DNA from: an uncultured bacterium
GTDB taxonomy: Bacteria > Cyanobacteriota > Cyanobacteriia > Leptolyngbyales > Leptolyngbyaceae
Length of the DNA: 11,277 nt
Reading direction: 5' to 3'
NCBI GenBank assembly: GCA_964524315.1
Contig: CAZGDE010000232.1
Span: 1-11,277, forward strand
Shown: piece after piece, positions 7,158 through 11,277 of the stretch
How positions within the stretch are numbered: the first letter of the stretch is position 1
Layout of the letters: every line of letters begins with the position of its first letter
Translations under genes and position numbers: made by a program
The notes under the pieces: generated by a model
What the model was told of the DNA's origin: nothing
What the model saw: the letters and a program-made list of their open reading frames with translations, nothing else
Databases searched by the model: none

Positions 7158-7376
7158 AACTGAGTCGCCCGATTCGTCAATGGTGCTGCAACTATACTGA
7201 CACAGAGAACAAGATTTCTAGCGGTTTGTGTTGGGGAACCTGCGATCGCCAACCACGTCAAGATTAATCGTTAGTGTTAATAAATTTAATGGAATTGTTA
7301 AGGCACTATATAGACGGTTCATGACCCAGATTCTTGTCCCTCGCTGGATATATGTAGTGTAACTGGGTGGAGGGGT

Positions 7377-7396
7377 AGACAATTGTAAAATTGTCT
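7377..7396. promoter_or_regulatory. Palindromic candidate operator (aGACAATTgtaaAATTGTCt) in the rnz / SpoIID divergent intergenic region
   Basis: This is an 8-bp perfect inverted repeat with a 4-nt spacer. It includes the self-complementary octamer ACAATTGT at 7379..7386. It lies about 160 bp upstream of the SpoIID-like start and about 220 bp upstream of the rnz start. Confidence 0.25.
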
Positions 7397-7551
7397 GGCC
7401 GCTCCACTACAAAAGAATTGACTTATATTAAGCAACGGTGATGATCCGGATGGGTGATTTTTCCTAGCGGATTGATCGCGGTGTGAGTGGGTGAGAGTTG
7501 ATTGGCTGTGTGATTCGGTTTACTGTTGTGCGTGATTGACTTTGTCAGGAG

Positions 7552-8748
7552 ATGTCGGAGATGCCCCAGCAACGCTTCCCCGCTTTTTTTGGATCTCTAC
7601 TTACACTGCTTATCCGCTTAGGAGGGCGTGGTTGGTGGATGTCAATGCTTATCTGGTTAGCAGCGATCGCGCCTGCCCATGCCAGTTCGGTCGAATTGCG
7701 GGTAGCCATTGAAGATGGTGTCAGCCAGGTAACTGTAGGTAGTTCAACCCGTGCTGTAGTTCGAGATGGGGCCTATCGTCAGGTCGGTGAAATTGCACCG
7801 ATGAACGCCTTTGTGGCCCAACCCAAACAAGGCAGGATTGCCGTTGACCGTTGGCAGTCCGGCCAACTCTGGATCGAACCGACTGATGGTGGCTATGTGT
7901 TCATTGGCGATCGCTGGTATCGGGGACGAACGCTGCTGGTTCCCAAATCGAAGGGGCTAACGGCTGTTAACTATGTGGATTTAGAGCAATACCTCTATAG
8001 CGTTCTTGGTGGCGAGATGAATGGTAACTGGCCCCAGGAAGCCCTCAAGGCCCAGGCCGTTGCTGCCCGTTCCTACGCCCTCTACCAGAGGCAAAAGGGA
8101 GCCAATGGGATATATGATCTGGGTGATACCCCCGCCTGGCAGGTATACGACGGGATCGAGGATGAATCAGCAGGTACCCAGGCTGCGGTCAACGCCACAA
8201 CAGGGCAGGTATTGACCTATCGGGGACAAATTATTGAAGCCGTATTCCATTCCTCGGCGGGCGGTTGCACAGAAAATGTCGAGGATGTTTGGACACAGGC
8301 GCTCCCCTATCTGCGATCGGTACAAGATTTTGATAACAGTTCACCCGTTGCCCAATGGACGAAAAACTTTTCGCGCAGTGATTTAAGCAAACGCATTACC
8401 GGCGTAGGTAACATTATTTCGTTACAACCTGCAAAACTCAGTCAGTGTGGCCGTATTATTACCATGCAAGTGATTGGTGATGCGGGTAGACGCTCGATTG
8501 ATGGTGATGTCCTCCGGACTGCTCTTGGCCTCAGAAGCACCTTATTTGAGGTCATCCCTCAAGGCAGCGGCGCTAAAGGCAAGTCTCAATTACCCGGTTC
8601 GTTTCAAATTAATGGGCGGGGATTTGGGCATGGCTTGGGTCTAAGTCAATGGGGTGCTTACAACCTGGCACAACGGGGTACAAATTATCAGCAAATTTTG
8701 TTGCACTATTACCAGGGAACGACATTGGCAAAGATTCAGGTTAAATAA
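7552..8748 (+). CDS. SpoIID/LytB-domain protein (cell-wall amidase enhancer-like), 398 aa
   Basis: The translation shows the SpoIID/LytB domain: VNYVDLEQYLYSVLGGEMNGNWPQEALKAQAVAARSYALY, AVFHSSAGGCTEN and GHGLGLSQWGA. The N-terminal hydrophobic signal or anchor is MSMLIWLAAIAPAHASS. An alternative start at ATG 7561 has a GGAG motif 9 nt upstream. Confidence 0.85.
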   Translation: MSEMPQQRFPAFFGSLLTLLIRLGGRGWWMSMLIWLAAIAPAHASSVELRVAIEDGVSQVTVGSSTRAVVRDGAYRQVGEIAPMNAFVAQPKQGRIAVDRWQSGQLWIEPTDGGYVFIGDRWYRGRTLLVPKSKGLTAVNYVDLEQYLYSVLGGEMNGNWPQEALKAQAVAARSYALYQRQKGANGIYDLGDTPAWQVYDGIEDESAGTQAAVNATTGQVLTYRGQIIEAVFHSSAGGCTENVEDVWTQALPYLRSVQDFDNSSPVAQWTKNFSRSDLSKRITGVGNIISLQPAKLSQCGRIITMQVIGDAGRRSIDGDVLRTALGLRSTLFEVIPQGSGAKGKSQLPGSFQINGRGFGHGLGLSQWGAYNLAQRGTNYQQILLHYYQGTTLAKIQVK

Positions 8749-8779
8749 TTCGAGTTAAATAATTCGGGTTAAATAAGGG
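8740..8779. repeat. Tandem 14-nt repeat (GTTAAATAATTCGR, 2 full copies plus 1 partial) overlapping the SpoIID-like stop codon
   Basis: The copies are gttaaataattcga (8740..8753), gttaaataattcgg (8754..8767) and gttaaataaggg (8768..8779). Each carries TAAATAA, which contains two TAA triplets. Confidence 0.4.
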
Positions 8780-8836
8780 TGCTAGTCTGGGGTGCGAGCA
8801 AGCATGGTTAGGCTGGTTGAAAAGTAGGGTTTTCGC

Positions 8837-9115
8837 GTGGACGTTCAAAGTCGATTGGAAGCGTTAGAAACGGTTGTACAACAGATTGGTGAGGCAGTTT
8901 TAGCGACGACGGAAACGGTCGATCGCCTGTCTAACCGCATTGATAATCTGGTCAATCATGTCCAACAACAGGGTTACCAGGTATTCGCCCTGAGTGAAGA
9001 CATCCAGAGTCTGGCCGATGTCCAGGGCGAAACACTCCAACGATTGGATCGCATGACAGATGCTCTGGAGCGACTCGTCGATGCGATCGCCCAACCCGAT
9101 TCGCCTGCCAATTAA
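8837..9115 (+). CDS. Small coiled-coil hypothetical protein, 92 aa, GTG start
   Basis: The translation is heptad-like and Q/E/L/V-rich (LEALETVVQQIGEAVLATTETVDRLSNRIDNLVNHVQQ). The codon usage is protein-like. A hairpin plus T-tract follows the stop. There is no ATG start, so the call is tentative. Confidence 0.4.
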   Translation: MDVQSRLEALETVVQQIGEAVLATTETVDRLSNRIDNLVNHVQQQGYQVFALSEDIQSLADVQGETLQRLDRMTDALERLVDAIAQPDSPAN

Positions 9116-9151
9116 GGATCGCGGCTTAATTAGGCGGTTTCCAAGAAAAAT

Positions 9152-9180
9152 GTACCTGGTGTTAGGGCAGGTATTTTGTT
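9152..9180. terminator. Candidate bidirectional intrinsic terminator between the small coiled-coil gene (+) and the flotillin gene (-)
   Basis: The stem is tacctg / caggta (6 bp) with loop gtgttaggg. The plus strand continues ttttgtttcc. The minus-strand transcript reads catttttcttgg after the same hairpin. Confidence 0.35.
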
Positions 9181-9290
9181 TCCTAGAACGCTCCTTAAAA
9201 CTTAGACATTTAGTCTTCCGTAGGGGCAGGTTTGTTAGTCATATCAGAACAGTACCGATACCACCAAACCCACCCTTACGATTCACTGAA

Positions 9291-10571
9291 TTAACTCCGA
9301 TCAACCGTATCGTCGGTGCGATCGCCCGGTAAGCGGTTTTGCTGCGAGGTCGTCCAACTCTGGACTGCCTGAGCGATATCCATACCAGTAGTCTGTTTTA
9401 GCTGTTCCAGAAAACTGGCAGCTTTGACGGCATTACTCCCTTTGTTGGCATCAACGACTGTGACATTCTGCACCTTAATATCGGGTACCGCATTGGTCAG
9501 GGTCTTCAGCAAGGTTTCCAGCCGTTGCAGTAAGAAGATATCGCGGGCATTAGAACCAGCAGTCTTCCAAGATTCCGCCAAACGCAAGGTACCTTCCGCC
9601 CTGGCTTTGCCATCTTCGATGATGCTGGCAGCATTCCCCTGGGCGCGGGCGATCGACTGTTTACAGTCAGCTTCGGCAGGTGCCACCACATCCGCCTGCA
9701 GTTGTTGCTCAACCTGCTTAATGCGCTCCTGTTGAACAGGGATTTCAGCCTGAATCCGGGCCAGTTCGGAAGCGATTTCGGCCTCGGCCTCAGCCACGAC
9801 GGCACTCCGCATAGTGGTCGCGTCTTTGATACGGCGTTCGGCATCGGCCCGGGCAATACCAGTGTCGCGATCGAGGCGGCTCAGTTCCGTCACTTTCTGA
9901 TTTTCTGCCGTTTGAATGACAGACTCGGCTCTCGCCTGTGCCTCAGCAATCCGAGCATCCCGGAGCAAATCTGCCCGCTGTTTGCGCCCGATTGAATCCA
10001 GATACCGCACATCATCAGAAATGTTCTGAATCTGGAGCGTGTCCAATACTAAACCCAGCTTTTCCAGATCATCCTCGGCTTCATCCAGCAGACTGCGAGC
10101 AAAAGCGATTTTGTCCTCATTGACCTGTTCTGGAGTGAGACTGGCAAGTACCCCCCGCAAGTTACCTTCTAGAGTTTCCTTCGCCATCTGTTCAATTTCC
10201 TGGCGACTCTTACCCAGTAGCCGTTCGATCGCATTATGGATAGCAGGTTCTTCGCCGGCAATTTTGATGTTTGCCACCCCTTCTACCGTCAGCGGAATAC
10301 CACCCTTTGAGTAAGCATTGGACACTCGCAGGTTGATGATCATGTTGCTCAAGTCCATCCGCAGGGTGCGTTCCAGCAGGGGCACCCGAATGCTACTGCC
10401 GCCTTTTACCAGGCGATAGCCGACGCTGCGCCCATTTTCTAACTCGTGGGTACTACCCGCAAAGATCAGAATTTCATTGGGTTGGCAAATGTAATACAGG
10501 TTGCGAATGACAAACACCCCTGCCCCAGTGCCCAGGCCAAAAATGGCTAGTAGTGCAAATATCGCCTCCAT
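9291..10571 (-). CDS. Flotillin-family (SPFH / band-7) protein, 426 aa
   Basis: The N-terminal membrane hairpin is MEAIFALLAIFGLGTGAGVFVI. An SPFH-like core follows, then a long Ala/Glu/Gln/Arg-rich coiled-coil (RIAEAQARAESVIQTAENQK ... AEAEAEIASELARIQAE) typical of flotillin repeats. Confidence 0.85.
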   Translation of the reverse strand: MEAIFALLAIFGLGTGAGVFVIRNLYYICQPNEILIFAGSTHELENGRSVGYRLVKGGSSIRVPLLERTLRMDLSNMIINLRVSNAYSKGGIPLTVEGVANIKIAGEEPAIHNAIERLLGKSRQEIEQMAKETLEGNLRGVLASLTPEQVNEDKIAFARSLLDEAEDDLEKLGLVLDTLQIQNISDDVRYLDSIGRKQRADLLRDARIAEAQARAESVIQTAENQKVTELSRLDRDTGIARADAERRIKDATTMRSAVVAEAEAEIASELARIQAEIPVQQERIKQVEQQLQADVVAPAEADCKQSIARAQGNAASIIEDGKARAEGTLRLAESWKTAGSNARDIFLLQRLETLLKTLTNAVPDIKVQNVTVVDANKGSNAVKAASFLEQLKQTTGMDIAQAVQSWTTSQQNRLPGDRTDDTVDRS

Positions 10572-10573
10572 AC

Positions 10574-11277
10574 TTAACTCTCCTTATGACCATTACGGCG
10601 ATTCAGGGTTGCCCCCACATCAATACCCAGCGTGTCATCTACATGTAGCAAGAACTGGCGCACAATTTCGGGATAGACACTCACCAACCCCGTTAATGAC
10701 TTGCCATCCCCGTTGTCAATCACATTGACCTGATCGAGGTGAACCCGTTTGGGAATCTTGGCGGCTTCTTGCAGCACCATTTCAATTTGTTGCATCAGGA
10801 ACAGTTCCGATGCATCCACGCCCGTCTTCTGCCAAACCTTCGACAACATATCGTTGACCATTGCAGCAGCCTTGGCATTTTCAGCTAATTCAGCAGCAGA
10901 TCCCTTAGCATGGAGGGTTTTCGCCTGACGTTCGGCTTCTGCGGGTAAAACCTCATCGGCTTCCAGTCGTAACCGTTCCAGTTCCGCCCGCATCGTTTGC
11001 ATCTGTTGTTCAGCACGGGCACGGGCCTCCCGTTCCGCCGCTTTGGTACGTTCTTCTTCAGAACGAGCTTCCTGTTCGAGTTCCGCCTTAATTTTGCGGA
11101 GTTCGTTCTGGCGCTGCTGGATAACTGCCATTGCTTGGGATTTGGCCACTTCAGACTGCTGCTGACAGTTGGCCTCGATCCGTTCTGCCTGACTGAGAGC
11201 CTCAGCTTCGGCAATTTCGGCATCCCGGACAATTTGCGCGATCCGTTTACGTCCAATCGATCGCAGATAATCCACGT
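10574..11277 (-). CDS. Second flotillin-family protein (paralogue), 5'-partial because the N-terminus lies beyond the window end
   Basis: DYLRSIGRKRIAQIVRDAEIAEAEA parallels VRYLDSIGRKQRADLLRDARIAEAQA of the downstream flotillin. EA/EAR-rich coiled-coil repeats follow. The TAA stop lies 2 nt before the next flotillin ATG (TAAGTATG), so the two are probably co-transcribed. Confidence 0.8.
   Translation of the reverse strand, partial: VDYLRSIGRKRIAQIVRDAEIAEAEALSQAERIEANCQQQSEVAKSQAMAVIQQRQNELRKIKAELEQEARSEEERTKAAEREARARAEQQMQTMRAELERLRLEADEVLPAEAERQAKTLHAKGSAAELAENAKAAAMVNDMLSKVWQKTGVDASELFLMQQIEMVLQEAAKIPKRVHLDQVNVIDNGDGKSLTGLVSVYPEIVRQFLLHVDDTLGIDVGATLNRRNGHKES

Noticed and set aside
1-11277. 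Scan for CRISPR arrays, tRNA or rRNA genes, and transposase or integrase genes.
   Set aside because: No regularly spaced direct repeats were found. No tRNA-like T-loop or acceptor structures were found in the intergenic regions. No recombinase-like ORFs were found. None are reported.

Overview
This window looks cyanobacterial. The HIP1 octamer GCGATCGC occurs 15 times in 11.3 kb (about 0.2 expected by chance) and GC content is in the low-to-mid 50s. Most of it is densely packed housekeeping genes. A KaiB-family gene lies convergent with an adk-rph operon. A CobA/CobO/BtuR-family gene whose Walker-A loop is replaced sits just upstream of a canonical dCTP deaminase. A lipoamide-dehydrogenase-like flavoprotein has lost its redox cysteines and the central Gly of both GxGxxG motifs. 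RNase Z, a SpoIID/LytB-domain gene and two tandem flotillin paralogues (one cut off at the window edge) are also present. The one accessory-looking stretch is 5175..6197. It holds two tandemly duplicated ~90-aa signal-peptide proteins that share a Gly-zipper hydrophobic segment (GWLGLxGLxGLAxL) followed by a basic, Tyr/Arg-containing tail, bracketed by strong hairpins. I could not assign them to any known family. No tRNA, rRNA, CRISPR array or transposase is visible. All functional calls come from motif-level reading of the translated ORFs and need a database search to confirm.
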